This document shows positions 27,511 through 40,276 of a stretch of 64,000 nt of DNA, one piece after another. A model generated the notes under the pieces. It was not told the DNA's origin, made no database searches, and saw only the letters and a program-made list of their open reading frames with translations. The translations under genes and the position numbers were made by a program. The DNA comes from Octopus sinensis (taxonomy: Eukaryota), in the NCBI RefSeq assembly GCF_006345805.1, contig NC_043016.1:24552001-24616000 (forward strand), given 5' to 3'. How positions within the stretch are numbered: position 1 is the stretch's first letter; every line of letters starts with the position of its first letter.

Positions 27511-27704
27511 CATACAAATTTTTCTATAAGATGAAATTTTTTTCTAAATGGTATAATTTAATTTTTTCATTGTGAATTGATGAAAGATGTTTTTTTTCTA
27601 ATTTTATATATATATATATATATACTATATTTTGTGAAATTTGATTTAGTATTTCAAATTTAATTTTTCCCTGTAAGTTTGGAATAATATTCCCTCATAT
27701 TATT

Positions 27705-27741
<37 letters not shown>

Positions 27742-28099
27742 GATATACACACATACATATATACACCATTACAAGAATGTATATAATCATGCTTAACACA
27801 TGGACAGATATATATATATATATATATATAGATATAAATACGTACATGCTTGTATGCATACAAATATACATACATAACTTTTTGGAACCCCAAGATGAAT
27901 TTGAAATGTTGATTATGTCATACTTCTGTGGAAGACATCACACATTTAATTAGCAGATGCCCCAAAATGTTGTCAAGGTACTACCTTTCTATGTGACACA
28001 ACATAGCTAACAAGCACATTAGAAGTACAATCTCTAAGTGGAACACTAAAAATTTGCATTACTTTTCTCAAGTTTAAAAGGTGAATTTGTTTTTTTATC

Positions 28100-29260
28100 T
28101 ACATTTCAATGGTGGTGTTTTGCAAATTTGTTAGAAACCAGTTTCTTTTCATAGGAAGACTTCAAATAATTGAAATGTTATTGAATAAAAATGCAAGTGC
28201 ATCCAACCGTAGAAACAAGTCAGGTAATTAGCATGGTTTTTGACTTATACAATAGCAACTATACAATTGCCATATACAGTATCACCATGTATAGTGAATT
28301 TGGTTGCTTTGATTCATCAGAATTCAACAGCTCTATGAATCAATTTACTCTTATATTATTTAGTTCTACTTGCATAAATGTGGAGGAGCAATGACCCAGT
28401 GTTTAGGGCAGCGGACTCACGGTTGTAGGATCGTGGTTTCAATTCCCAGACTGGGCACTGTAAGTGTTTATTGAACAAAAACGCCTAAAGCTCCATGAGG
28501 CTCCAGCAGCAGTGGGTGGCAATCCCTGCTGTACTCTTTCGCCACAACTTTCTCTCACTCTTTCTTCTGTAGGCCTGCTCGCTTAGCCAGCGAGATGACG
28601 TCATTTGAAGGCTAAAACAATGCGGAGCACATTGTGACCAACGATGTGTAGCAACATCTGATAGCCTGGTCAGTCATGGTCATGGTCATTTGTATAAATA
28701 TTGTCAACAAGGTTATTTATCATTTTATACACTTCAGTGATAAATTTGATAGATTTAACACAGATTTACTTTTTACTCAAACCTTTTCCACAGAATTTCA
28801 AATGATGGAGACAGAATGTAATACAAATTTCAAGAGGATTGGTAACCCTAGTTACATAAGGGGTGAACCATTATTAGCTGGAACAAGAATAAATTGCCAA
28901 CAGGACATTCGATAATTAATTTAAGCTCTGATTGAACCAATTGACTTACAATTAATTCCACAACCTTCACCTGATAGCTTGTGTTCTGGCAAAAATTGAG
29001 TGCCTGTTATTTCTGGAGTTGATATGCAGACTGGTTGCTTCTTAAAATTAAAAATTTCTGACCTCAATATTCAGTGCAAAAACCTTGAAGGAATGAGCAT
29101 TATTCTGCGGCAACAAAATGCCACCCATATAGCAACACTTGGTACCTCTCCAGTAGAGTTTGTTGCTGACTGGTTGACAATATATAAACAGAATAAACCT
29201 CCACAGCCTCAGTTTGAAGCATCCAGTGGCACTTGGAACGTCCACTGCAGAGGATGCTAA
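28100..29260 (+). pseudogene. TCTN: Processed (intronless) tectonic-family (TCTN1/2/3-like, DUF1619) pseudogene
   Basis: One frame reads CIN-IVNKVIYHF...FTQTFSTEF...KRIGNPSYIRGEPLLAG...LQLIPQPSPDSLCSGKN*VPVISGVDMQTGCFLKL...THIATLGTSPVEFVADWLTI. This is collinear with tectonic motifs C-NVV-EV-Y, SGNPGY--G-PL-AG, R-PV-FG--MQSGC-L-L and VA-FGNS----DW. In-frame stops lie at 28913, 28922 and 28997 (the last is CGA>TGA at the conserved Arg). No introns are visible. The 5' boundary is approximate; support is strongest for 28691-29200. Confidence 0.8.
28380..28689 (+). mobile_element. tRNA-derived SINE (family C) inserted in the tectonic pseudogene
   Basis: tRNA-like head GTGGAGGAGCAATGACCCAGTG...GGTTTCAATTCCC. 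Flanked by a 10-bp TSD, TTGCATAAAT (28370-79) and TTGTATAAAT (28690-99). Related copies at ~5355-5690 (-), ~36108-36400 (+) and ~42340-42560 (-). Confidence 0.85.
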
Positions 29261-29337
29261 TAGTTTCAATGGTGAAATATACACAGGGAATAAATGACAT
29301 AAAACTTGTGTTTATTATAATTTCTAATATGCACACT

Positions 29338-29400
<63 letters not shown>

Positions 29401-29949
29401 TATCTGCTGCAGCAGAATTGATACTAGCACTGGTGCCATATAAAAAGCACCCAGTACACTCTGTTGAGTGGTTGGCATTAGGAAGGGCATCTGGTTGTAG
29501 AAACCAGAAAAGACAATGGAACCTGCTGTGGCCCACTGGGTTTACCAGCTCCAGTCAAACTGTCAAATCCATGCCAGCATGGAAAACAGACCTAAAGTGA
29601 TGATGATCATCATCATCATGATCATCATCATCATCATCATGATCTTGATGATGATCATGATGATAATGAGGAGGAGGAGAGAACATGCCTGCACATAGAC
29701 ACATACACACACTCATGCACACATATACATACATACATAAAAGAAAAAGACACAAGAAAGACAAACACTACTCAATATGTATGTTTAAATACAATTGTAG
29801 AATTAAAAACAACCTGAAAGGTAAGATTACCCATGCTGTGAACAACTTTAAATTTAATTGTGACAAAACTTTCCCAAAGTTTTTAAAAACAGTCATTGTT
29901 TATTTTGAGAAACAAATACAAATATCAGTGAATAGAAAAAATCATCATT

Positions 29950-32900
29950 GCTAAATGTATAAGTCTTCTTCAACCAAATTGTGACGATAATCACTGTATG
30001 CAATGGACCTAGAATCTTAACAAACATTTATATGAAGCACATATACAACCTGACCCCCAAAAGTTTGGTTTATGCAAATGCTAAAAAATTTGTGGAACTC
30101 CAAACACCCAAATTAGATTTTCCCCCCCCAAACGTTTAAATGAACAAGCAAAACATATCATTAGATGTAATTTGATACATCTAATAGAAATCTCTGATTC
30201 AAAGCAGGTTGGCACTATAAAGCCAGCCATTGAAAATAATCATCCCACTTCCACTGACGGACAGACAGAATGGTCAGCTAAGTCTAGCAGTAAACAACAC
30301 ACCAACAATTTAGTTGAAATTCATATATACTGTACAAACAGAACACCAAAAACTTGTAGATGCCTCCTTACAAGTGATCTGGAAAAATGTTTCAACAGGT
30401 CCCCAACCTTAAGTTGAATGACAGGCCATACAACACCAGCAAAAGTAAAGAACCCAGTAAATCAGAATTAATGGCAGTAAACAAAATTGCAAACAATTAT
30501 CTGAAGGCCGCACTGTCTAGAGGTATGAAAACCTATGAAATTATTAATCTTAAGTCATATGTCTCAGCTATTACATTACTAGTGTATCACAAAGTGCTGA
30601 AACCATGCAATCAAGATTCAAGTTGAAAGCTTGAACCAGCATCAGTACATTACTTAAAAAATAAAATTTTATTCCTGTGAAAAAATATCTCACAGATAGT
30701 TATAATTATGAAATGAACACTAAGAACAGGAAGACCTAGAGAGATGACTTGGTGATACAGGATTCAAAAACCTAACCTCTAAACTGCACCAGCTGAAACA
30801 ACTCACAGCTACACATGAAAAACTAGAATTACAAATATACAATCTATAAGTGGCAAATGCTCAATAAATTATGTGCCAGAGATCTGGTACATAATTTATT
30901 GCAGATTCAATGCAAAAGGTTCAATCTATGTAAAAGACACCCTCACAAAAGATCAAGTTGAGGTGTTACTGGAGATCTGTATGGGAAACAAATAATGAGT
31001 TCAAAAAACAAGCTGTATGGCTAAAAGAATTGGAACAGGACTATTGCCAGTATGTTCAGCAAAAGCAAAATGAAATAGATGCTGAAGTACTCAAAATAGT
31101 TCTACAGAAAATGTCAAACAGGAAATCCCCAAGCCCAGACCTCATAAAGGCCGAAGAATTTCACCTTTTATTGGCAAGATCTTATACAGTTGTATAGAGA
31201 AAGTATCAAAGGCACACAAGAACTACCTCATTGGTTATCAACTGCAACTACTTTCCTCCTCCCCAAGAATAGCCAGACAACCCTTGCTAAAAATTATAGC
31301 CCAACAGCCTAGCAGAATATCATTGAACAAATTTTATACAGGGTGCCTCAATCTATTCTTACAAGATCAGTGTTCCATCAACAACACCTGAGCAAGCTGG
31401 AGAAAAGAAAGTATAGGACCATATATAGCAGCTACTAATTAACAAAAGGAAAAAGAAAAAACACAGAAATAATCACAGGAACTTAACTGTAGAGTAGCTG
31501 GATTACCAGAAGGCTTTTGAGAGTATATCACATGGGTGGATTATTAAGGTTTTACAGTTAGCCAAAGTTTTACAACCACTAGTGAGTGCTTTTGAATACT
31601 TGACCAAATCTTAGTACGTCACTTTACTCCTGGGGAATAATAAAGATAAAACTGAATTGAATAGCATTCACTACCAAAAAAGCATCTTTCTGAGTGATAG
31701 CTTGTCAGTGTTGCCCTTTGTCCTCTCGTTAAATTCACTATCATACCCATCCACAAAGCATTCTGGCCATAGAAATGGATCCAGAAGTATCTCACATCTT
31801 TTCTTTATTGATGACCTGAAGCTACATGAGCCAAGTATCAACCATAATAAAATGCAACTAGACCTCATTACCCAATTTTCTACTAACAATAAAATGTGGA
31901 AAAGTTGTGCTCTTTTCTGAAAACCTAGAAATGAATGGCCTGACAATACAACCTCTACAGTCAGATAACAATTATAATCTTGGACAAGAAAAGAATGTCA
32001 GATATGATGGACCCATAAATAAGGAAGGGATCAGAAATGAACACCTCATGACAGTAAAGAGAATATGGTCATCAGAAGTCTCAACTTACAACAAGCATAT
32101 TGCCCATAACACTTTTGCAGTGCCTGTCCTCACACCAACATCCGTTCTTCTGAACTGGATCACTAAAAGAACTTAATGAGATAATTGTTTGAACTTGCTG
32201 GCTTCTCAGTGTTACAGGAAACTTCAACATCAATGAAGATGTAGACAGGTTATACTTTCCACACAATGATGATGGTCATAGTCTCAAATCTGTATTGATG
32301 TCATATGAGGCGCATATTGTGACACTGAAATAACGTTTGAAGCAGAGGAAGCGACTAGTGACTATCTTGCCCAGTTTGTGACCACGAAACTAATAATATA
32401 ATTAGGCTAGCTAATGAACTTGAGGAGAGGTGTGAAATATGAGCTGATATGGATTTCTCTCCAAAGAGTATTAGTAAATTCTACTTAACATAACAACAAA
32501 ATAAAAAGATGGACCAACTCATTGAGAAGATAGTACATGGGTACTTCACATGAAAAACACAAACCATAGAAGGGATTGATCATGTCAAAAGCTTGGCATG
32601 GAGTAGTAACAAGTTTATGATAACCCTCTTTGAAGGCTATCAAGAGATTTCCACTAATTACCTACAACATAAAAGGCAGAAAACATTGATAGACAACAAA
32701 TGTAGGCTGAACATGACCAAGATGTCAACCACATTATTGCCAACTGTGAGGGAATGTCTTCCAGATATTATCTTTCCATGAAGTATGATGCAGTGGTCAC
32801 AACAATCTGGATCAGAATAATAAAAAAGAAAACACCTACAAATGATGTTGACTATATTGAGACCAATGGATTAAAAGAATGTTGGTGGAACTTAGAAATG

Positions 32901-33260
32901 AAAATAGCCACCAAATTAAAACACAACCAGCTAGATATTCTGTGGGACCACAACAAAAAGATATGTTCTGTTGTGGAAATCAGCTGCCCTCTGGACACCA
33001 ATGTGGTTAGAAAAATACAGAAGAAAGTGGACATCTATGGATCATTAATAGGTTGTTTGTAAACCTAGTACTTTCAACTCCATGCCTGTTATTTACTGGA
33101 GGAGCAAGATACATACCGACCCATCTGGAACAAAGCAATGGCTGAACGTAGGATCTTGGAAAGAGAACGCAAATCTTTAATTCATACACTGCAAAAGATC
33201 ACAATATCTGGGACTATAAAAATCTGCAAGACCTTCTTGAGATATAAAGGCTGATTAATG
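29950..33260 (+). mobile_element. Degenerate near-full-length R4/Dong-clade non-LTR retrotransposon (RT plus CCHC plus restriction-like endonuclease)
   Basis: RT motifs DYQKAF (~31501) and ISHLFFIDDLKL (~31789-31824). Also FAVPVLT, CRL..HII..C, RYY...D.V, WWN, KHNQLDI and VVEISCP...K...K. Many stops and frameshifts. Confidence 0.88.
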
Positions 33261-33649
33261 AAACAAGAGGCTTTCTTTCATAAGGGTGCTAGCAAGTAGG
33301 TAGCTGGTCAAAAATGTTAACGCGTACACACACACACAAGCACGCACGCACACGCACACACACGCACACACACACAATTTTTAAAAAGAATGATGGCGAT
33401 ATGTAAATTTTTATAAATCAGGATATTTTGTCCCAACTTGCAAGTAGTCTTCTTCCAGAACTGCAGGAACACTCTTCTGAGTTACCTCCCCCTTACAAAG
33501 ACGAGCGTTATTTAGATTCATTCATAAAACAAGTGAGTCTAATGCGTGGACACTCGATCTGCTAGAAATATCAACAAAAATTCCATCCTTTTATCCTTAA
33601 AAACAAAGGTGGGCGAGTATGCTTTGGATTAGTTTTAGATATATTCTAA

Positions 33650-34790
33650 CGGAATAAAAGATAGGATACACGGATAAGATATACTGGAAAATGTACTACT
33701 GGAAAAAATTACTGGTTGATGATGGCTAGAATAGTTTTGGTCTGTTCTGTTAGAGTTGATTTGTGGATAAAGAACGATAACATGAACAACGCAACAGAAC
33801 ATTTTTGAATAAGATGCCTGCTGGACCAGAGGCTGACCTGAGACGAAACAAAATATTTGCGTCTCGATGGTGGAAGTAGGAGTACCTGTTTGCAGTAGCA
33901 ACCAAATTCCCACCGTCAAACTAATTCTCCATTCAGCTGAAATAGGCTTTCCCGAGCAGAACTGACCAGGGTTTCTTAGTTAAACATTTTATATTTAAAC
34001 GTAACGATTGGCTTGAACGACTAACGCTTAAGTCAAGTGAGAATCACCCGGCAATAAACACAACAGTTTGGGCGTATTCGACAGACGCCTAATGGTTGCT
34101 GATAAGAATAAAAGTGAAACAAGATCAAGTGTGGGCGCCTTCGTCTCTCCTTCACTTACACATACAAACATGTGCACACACACACACATACAGAATGTGT
34201 GTGTATACACACGCGCGCTAATTTTCCTCTTCTTCCCCCTCCAATTCTATCGCTATCTTCTCTTCCTTTTCCTTCCCAGTCGCCGTTACTATCCAACAGC
34301 GCTATTTTCCACGTAAATGTTCTTTTCCGTTTCTTCTTTTCTTTTTGACGATAGAACCACACACAGCCCAGCTCCGCTATACACGCACTCACTGAAACGC
34401 TGGATTCTCCACACTTTCTCCCTCTCACAGTAATTATAGTCCGTACTCAATGTTTTGTTTCGTTTCGTTTTCTCTCGAGATTCATCACGTATTTCCTCAC
34501 CATAACTACACTAATACAGGCCACCTCCCCCACATAGATTTGCTAATAGATTTATATTAGTATACAAGTGGTTGTTCGTTCCTTCGACCTCCCACACTTT
34601 AAAAAAATTAGAAGCCATGCCAGTGACATAATTGGGGAGAGGACGAGAGGGCGGTTTACCTCCGGGTGACGCTTGTATGGAGACGACACTTCTGGGTATG
34701 CTGTATTGGCCTATATAGACTTGGAAGTCCAAGACAACTCACTCTGGCTGCGGAAATGATTCAAACGACCCCCAAATCACACTTCAGTGC
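33650..34790. promoter_or_regulatory. CpG-rich unique region resembling a promoter / 5' UTR
   Basis: Dense CpGs relative to the flanks and polypyrimidine tracts. On the - strand there is an Inr-like TCAGT (34391-95), a GTAAGT donor (34154-59) and an acceptor at 33838. Confidence 0.35.
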
Positions 34791-34804
34791 CTTAGTAAAA
34801 TAAA

Positions 34805-34835
<31 letters not shown>

Positions 34836-34855
34836 GACACATTGGATAAAATAGT

Positions 34856-35264
34856 GGATCTTTTCGGTTTGAACGGCAGTTTTTACTAGCGGTGTCATAT
34901 GAAATTGTCACTCATAATTATGACCCTAGTATCGATCTATTGCATTTCAATCTGTTTTAGGGTTAGGGGTTGGGGAAGGGTATCTTTTTTTTCTTCACAA
35001 ACGTAAATAAATCCAATCTGTTTCTTAAACGAGGGACATATTCATACAACACAGAATGTTTTTTTTTTTTACCTCAACAGACGTTAGTGATTGATTGAAA
35101 TTGCAGAAATTGAAGAAAAAAACAACAAATATCTTACAAACTATAGAATTTTCTCAATAAAGCCAAGAGAAAAAGATGTTTTATAAACACATTCTACCAG
35201 TATACGAAGTTCAAAATTTTTTAGTTACCTAGAAAATTAGTTACCGTTCAAACCGAAAAGATCC
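34856..35264. mobile_element. Merlin-like MITE
   Basis: Perfect 21-bp TIR GGATCTTTTCGGTTTGAACGG / CCGTTCAAACCGAAAAGATCC. Perfect 8-bp TSD AAAATAGT (34848-55 and 35265-72). Confidence 0.9.
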
Positions 35265-35731
35265 AAAATAGTTCTATTGGCGCAGTTGTAGCTGTGTGGT
35301 AAGAAGTTTGCTTCCTAACCGTATGGTTCCCAGTTCAGTCCCACTGTGTATGCACTTAAGACAAGCGTGTTCTACTATAAACTCGGGCCGACCAAAGTCT
35401 TGTTTGTGGATTTGATAGAAGGAAACTGAAAGAAATCTGTTGTGTGTGTGTGCGCGCGCATGTGTACCTGTGTTTGCCCCCCCCACCACTTGACAATCAG
35501 TGTTGGTACATTTATGTCCCCATATCTTAACAGTCCAGCAAAAGAAACCGATAGAATAAGCACCAGGCTTCGAAAAAGATAAATACTGGGATCAATTCAT
35601 TTGACAGAAATTCTTCAAGGTGGTGCCCCAGTATGGCCTCAGTCTAATGATGGATACAAGTTAAAGATAAAATTTCGTTTTTGGATTTGGTTTGCAAGAT
35701 TCTTTATATGAGTTCGTGTGTTGAAGCATAT

Positions 35732-35964
35732 TCTGTCGTGTCTGGGGAGAGTCATTTTCTTTTTGTGCCTTATAATGTAACACACTCACCGGTAAAATTT
35801 CCACTTATTTCTTATTTTTATTTTCCTAAAATTTTCATTGTGTGTTGCAACCTTTTCAATAGTCTTCGAAAATTTTAGGAAAATAAGAAATAAGTGGAAA
35901 TTTTACCAGTGAGTGTGTTAACTAATAAGCCACAAAAAGAAAATGACTCCCCAGACACAACAGA
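35732..35964. repeat. Long inverted repeat (arms 105 and 97 bp, 31-nt spacer)
   Basis: 35732-35836 is the near-perfect reverse complement of 35868-35964. Confidence 0.92.
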
Positions 35965-37163
35965 TTAAAGATAAAAGATTATTATAAAAACTTACAATAA
36001 TAAAAACTATGTTCAATCACAGATGGTCTATTTGATTATACTTGATCTAGGGAACAACAACTTGGATATATCTGAGATGTATTTAAGACAGGTTAAGTAA
36101 AACAAAGTGGAGGCACATGGCGTAGTGGTTAGAGCAACAGACTCGCAGTCGAGGGATTGCGGGTTCAAATCTCAGACTGGGCAATGTGTGTGTTTATGAA
36201 CGAAACACCTAAGCTCCACATGGCTCCGGCAGAAGGTAATGGCAAACTTCTGCCGACACTTTCACCACAACTTTCTCTCACTCTTTCCTCCTGCATTTTG
36301 CAGCACACCTGCAAGGGACCGGCGTCCCGTCCAGGTGGGGAACCTATACACCAAGGAAACCGAGAAACCAGTCCTATGAGCCAGCAATGGCTTGAGAAGG
36401 AACAAACAATAAAACAACAAGTAAAACAAGAGAAAAGAAAATAGACTACAAGGAAACCAGCAATAAGGAAAATGAATGAATAAAAAGTTTTGAAAGTTAA
36501 AACAAAACTTAGGTGCAGGCATGGTCGTGTGGTCACATCACAAACACAGAGTTCTGGGTTCAATCCCTGAGTATGGCACCTTGGGTACAGTAATCTCAGA
36601 TTGACCGATGATAGACCAGGAGTGGAATTTAGTGAACTGAAACTGTGCAGAAATCTATCGTGTGTTGGGGTAGGGGTTGATTGTTTGTATGTGTGTTTAT
36701 ATATCTTTATGTGGTGGTGGTGGGTGGTGAAAGTGGTGGTGATTGTTTCAGTGTTGTTAGTGGCAGTGGTCACATTAACATCATGTTAACACAATCAACG
36801 CTTATCGCTTATAATGATTCAGATAAGTACGCATGCATAGTCAGTTTCAACATTTAGTAACACACAAATTTGATATGTGATGTTTAATTAAAAAAAAATC
36901 TTGTTTAGACAAACCCAACAATTCTCAAACTACCACCACCTGTCACTACACAAAAAAAAAGTTAGTGGAAATATTTTGTCCCTGTCACCCCTTTTTATTA
37001 ATGAGAACATAAAACAGTTTCATCATCCATGTCATTCTTGTCTTTACTATGGTGTTTGGGCAAGTTTTAAAAATTTTAACCATGCTAATTTTATTAATGG
37101 TGACAATTTATCTGCTCCACTGTACAATACCCACATTGTAATTGTATTGTAATGTCTTCAAGA

Positions 37164-37840
37164 GGTAATATTTAACCCCACTTAAAAGTGGATGTTTTGT
37201 TGGAACATATATGTATGTTCTTTCAGAATCTATTTATAGCTGGCAGGGAGGTGAATCACTGCTATCTCTAGTGACCAAGCGTCCATCATTGACAAGACCA
37301 AGGGAGGTCGAAATCAAGTGATCTGGTGGTCTCGGCACTGGAGATAGCAAGATTTATCTCCCTGCTAGTGATATAAAAAAAAGACATTTTTCATCAAAAA
37401 TCCAGTATGAGAGTTTTCTTCGTGGTAACTACCACAATAAAGTCTGTTCTAACAGAACATCCACATTTAAGTGGGAATAAATATTACCCTTTAGTATTAA
37501 TACTGACTTTGTGGCTAATAAATATTTTTTAAGAAGTTCACTGACTAATCATGATACCAGCAGCTGTTCTGCTACTGGTTTTCTATATATCACTTGCAGG
37601 GAGATGAATCACTGCTATCCATAGTGTTCAACATTAACATGACCAAGGGAGGTGAAAATCACGCAATCTGGTGGTCACGGTGCTGGAGGTGGCAGGGATT
37701 TATTTCGCTACTAGCGATATAAACAAGACTGCATTTTGCACTAAAACCTATGTGAAAGTTTCTCTCATGGTATCTACTGCAGTATAGTTTGTTCTAACAG
37801 AACATTCATGTTTAAATGGGAATAAATATTATTTCTCAGT
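37164..37840. mobile_element. Two adjacent copies of a fold-back MITE
   Basis: ~45-bp TIR 37164-37212 versus 37446-37488. The core GCAGGGAG-TGAATCACTGCTATC...GACCAAGGGAGG...ATCTGGTGGTC is repeated at ~37244 and ~37597. Confidence 0.7.
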
Positions 37841-39312
37841 AATAATATTGCCTCTGTCGCTAATAATTATTTTGTAATGTCTCCCTCTCCCTTCCCCTCC
37901 CTCACACTCTTTCAGTCTGTATTTGTATATTTTTGCACACACATATATGTACATTTTCCTCCAGCACCAAAAGGTTTTCTTGCCAAAATGAGCTAAATGT
38001 TTAATCTGCAATGCCAAAACCGTTAGCATCCAAACAACTTCAGCCAATCATCTCATTCTAGCAAGTGCAGGCTCTCCCAATGAGAAATACTGGATTAACT
38101 CATTTATAGTGTGGAATGTTGCATTCAAGTTTGATCAGCTTTGTACTTAAAACATGCCATCTTATAAACTCTATATTAATAATGATTTTCTTCTTTATTT
38201 TTTATATTTAGCCAACCTAAACAGATCAAATGATAGTGCCTTACTTACATAATATAGTGGATCATAACATTTCATCCAACTGAAGTTAAACAAGCAATTA
38301 GTAGACAAAACCTCCCCCTTGGGAGGTGTTTAAAATCTGATATAGCAGCAAGGGAGATAACTCCCATAACTGATGGAAAATATGGACAATGTGGAGAGTG
38401 AATGCTTAACACTATAGCATTGACATTAGTCTGTCAAATGTAATGCTTATTTATCCACACTTTTTTGAATTAATCATGCATTATCCCATAGCTTCAAGAT
38501 TTCAATGATGTGGTTGTATATTTTTAGAATGACATAGTAGGGCAGGTATGAGAGGCTCGATCTAGCCAGTTTGAACATACAAGTAGAAAATTTGGGCCGG
38601 ATATAATTCCACCAAGCCATTGTCAAGGACTGGTACCTAAGTTTTGTCAACCCTAAGACTGATGAAAGGTAAAGTTGACCTTGGCTGGATTTGAACTCAG
38701 AGGGCAGACAGCTGGAATGAATAATGACAGGCATACTATGCTCTTACAAATCTGTACCAATTTACCAATTTGTGGAATTATGCCCTTCAACAGTCTTTTC
38801 TGCAGATTGAGATGAAGATTGAACTAATTCCATTATCAGTTAATTCATCTTAATCTATTTCCATCTCTTTCCTTAGATACTAAATGATAGTGGTGGAAGG
38901 CCAGTAGCCTACCAAAGCCAGATCTAATGTTGATCTCTGTCTCTCTCTCTCTCTCTCTTTCCCACTCTTAGTCAGGAATTCTCAATTTGGGAAAAGTATA
39001 TACTTTATTAAAATTAATTTCCAGAATAAAATTATTAAATCGCTCTTAAAAAGAACTTTAAATGTAAGTTTAATTGCTAAAAGACTATGACCAATGACTG
39101 TATCTTCATTGTATTTAAAATGACATACTTGTGTGAATATGGATTCAATTGTCTTTTATTAATCAAGATAAAATCTTAAAATTTCCTGAATCAACAATCA
39201 GACTTGCACATCACAATTAGCAAATAAAATCTATGTTTTGATAAAGTCAGGAACAAGAAGCAAGAATAAAGAAGTCATTGAATTTTGTTTGTGAGTGTGT
39301 AGTAGTAGTAGT

Positions 39313-39344
<32 letters not shown>

Positions 39345-40039
39345 TAGTAGCAGCAGCAGCAGCAGCAGCAGATCCGATAATGCAAAAAACAAAATTCTTT
39401 GCTATCCTTAGTTATATCCTTCAAACCAGTTCAGATCAATACACGCATACCAGTAATATGCTTGGGTAGATGTACTCCTCTGTGCTAATCGCTATCTCCC
39501 AACCCTTACCTGCAATATGTTACTTTATGGTCTGAAACGCCTATTATTGAATGAATGAGATTTAGCCAAATGAGATAGGAAATCCTGCTACAAAATGCTG
39601 CCTCATGAGACAATGTCTGTGGCACTGCTGCTGCTGCTGCTGTTTCTATTGCTATTGCTACTAATACTACTGCTGCTACCACTACAACAGCTGCCGCTGT
39701 TATTGCTGTTGCTGCTGCTGCTGATAGTGGTGGTGACGGCAACGGCTGTGTGGTGGTGGTGACGGCAACGGCTATGTAGTGGTGGTGGTGGTGGTAATGA
39801 CGTATTTGACAGGTATTCACTGCATCAGTAAACTATTAATGATGTCACTAACAACTGCAGCAGCAGCAGCAGCAAAGGTAAGACAACAGGTGACAGATTA
39901 GGAATTAGGAATCTCTGCCAAGGACAACCTATTGATCTTGAACCAAAAGCAACTGCGAGGAATGAGGAAGCTTTGTAAACTCACAGACGGGGCAAGACGA
40001 CTGCTTGACAACTGTATTAGGAAGTTTTATATATATATT

Positions 40040-40245
40040 CTTTTATTCTTTTACTTGTTTCAGTTATTTGACTGCAGCCATGCTGGAGCACCGCCTTTAA
40101 TCGAGCAACTCGACCCCGGGACTTATTCTTTTGTAAGCCCAGTACTTATTCTATCGGTCTCTTTTGCCGAACCGCTAAGTAACGGGGACATAAACACACC
40201 AGCATCGGTTGTCAAGCAATGCTAGGAGGACAAACACAGACACGC

Positions 40246-40276
<31 letters not shown>

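Noticed and set aside
36108-36180. tRNA gene
   Set aside because: An A/B-box head that continues into a SINE body repeated elsewhere; no complete cloverleaf.
39506-39820. Minus-strand ORF ending in a GTAAG donor
   Set aside because: Mostly a trinucleotide repeat. The unique part is unrecognisable and has only a weak acceptor.
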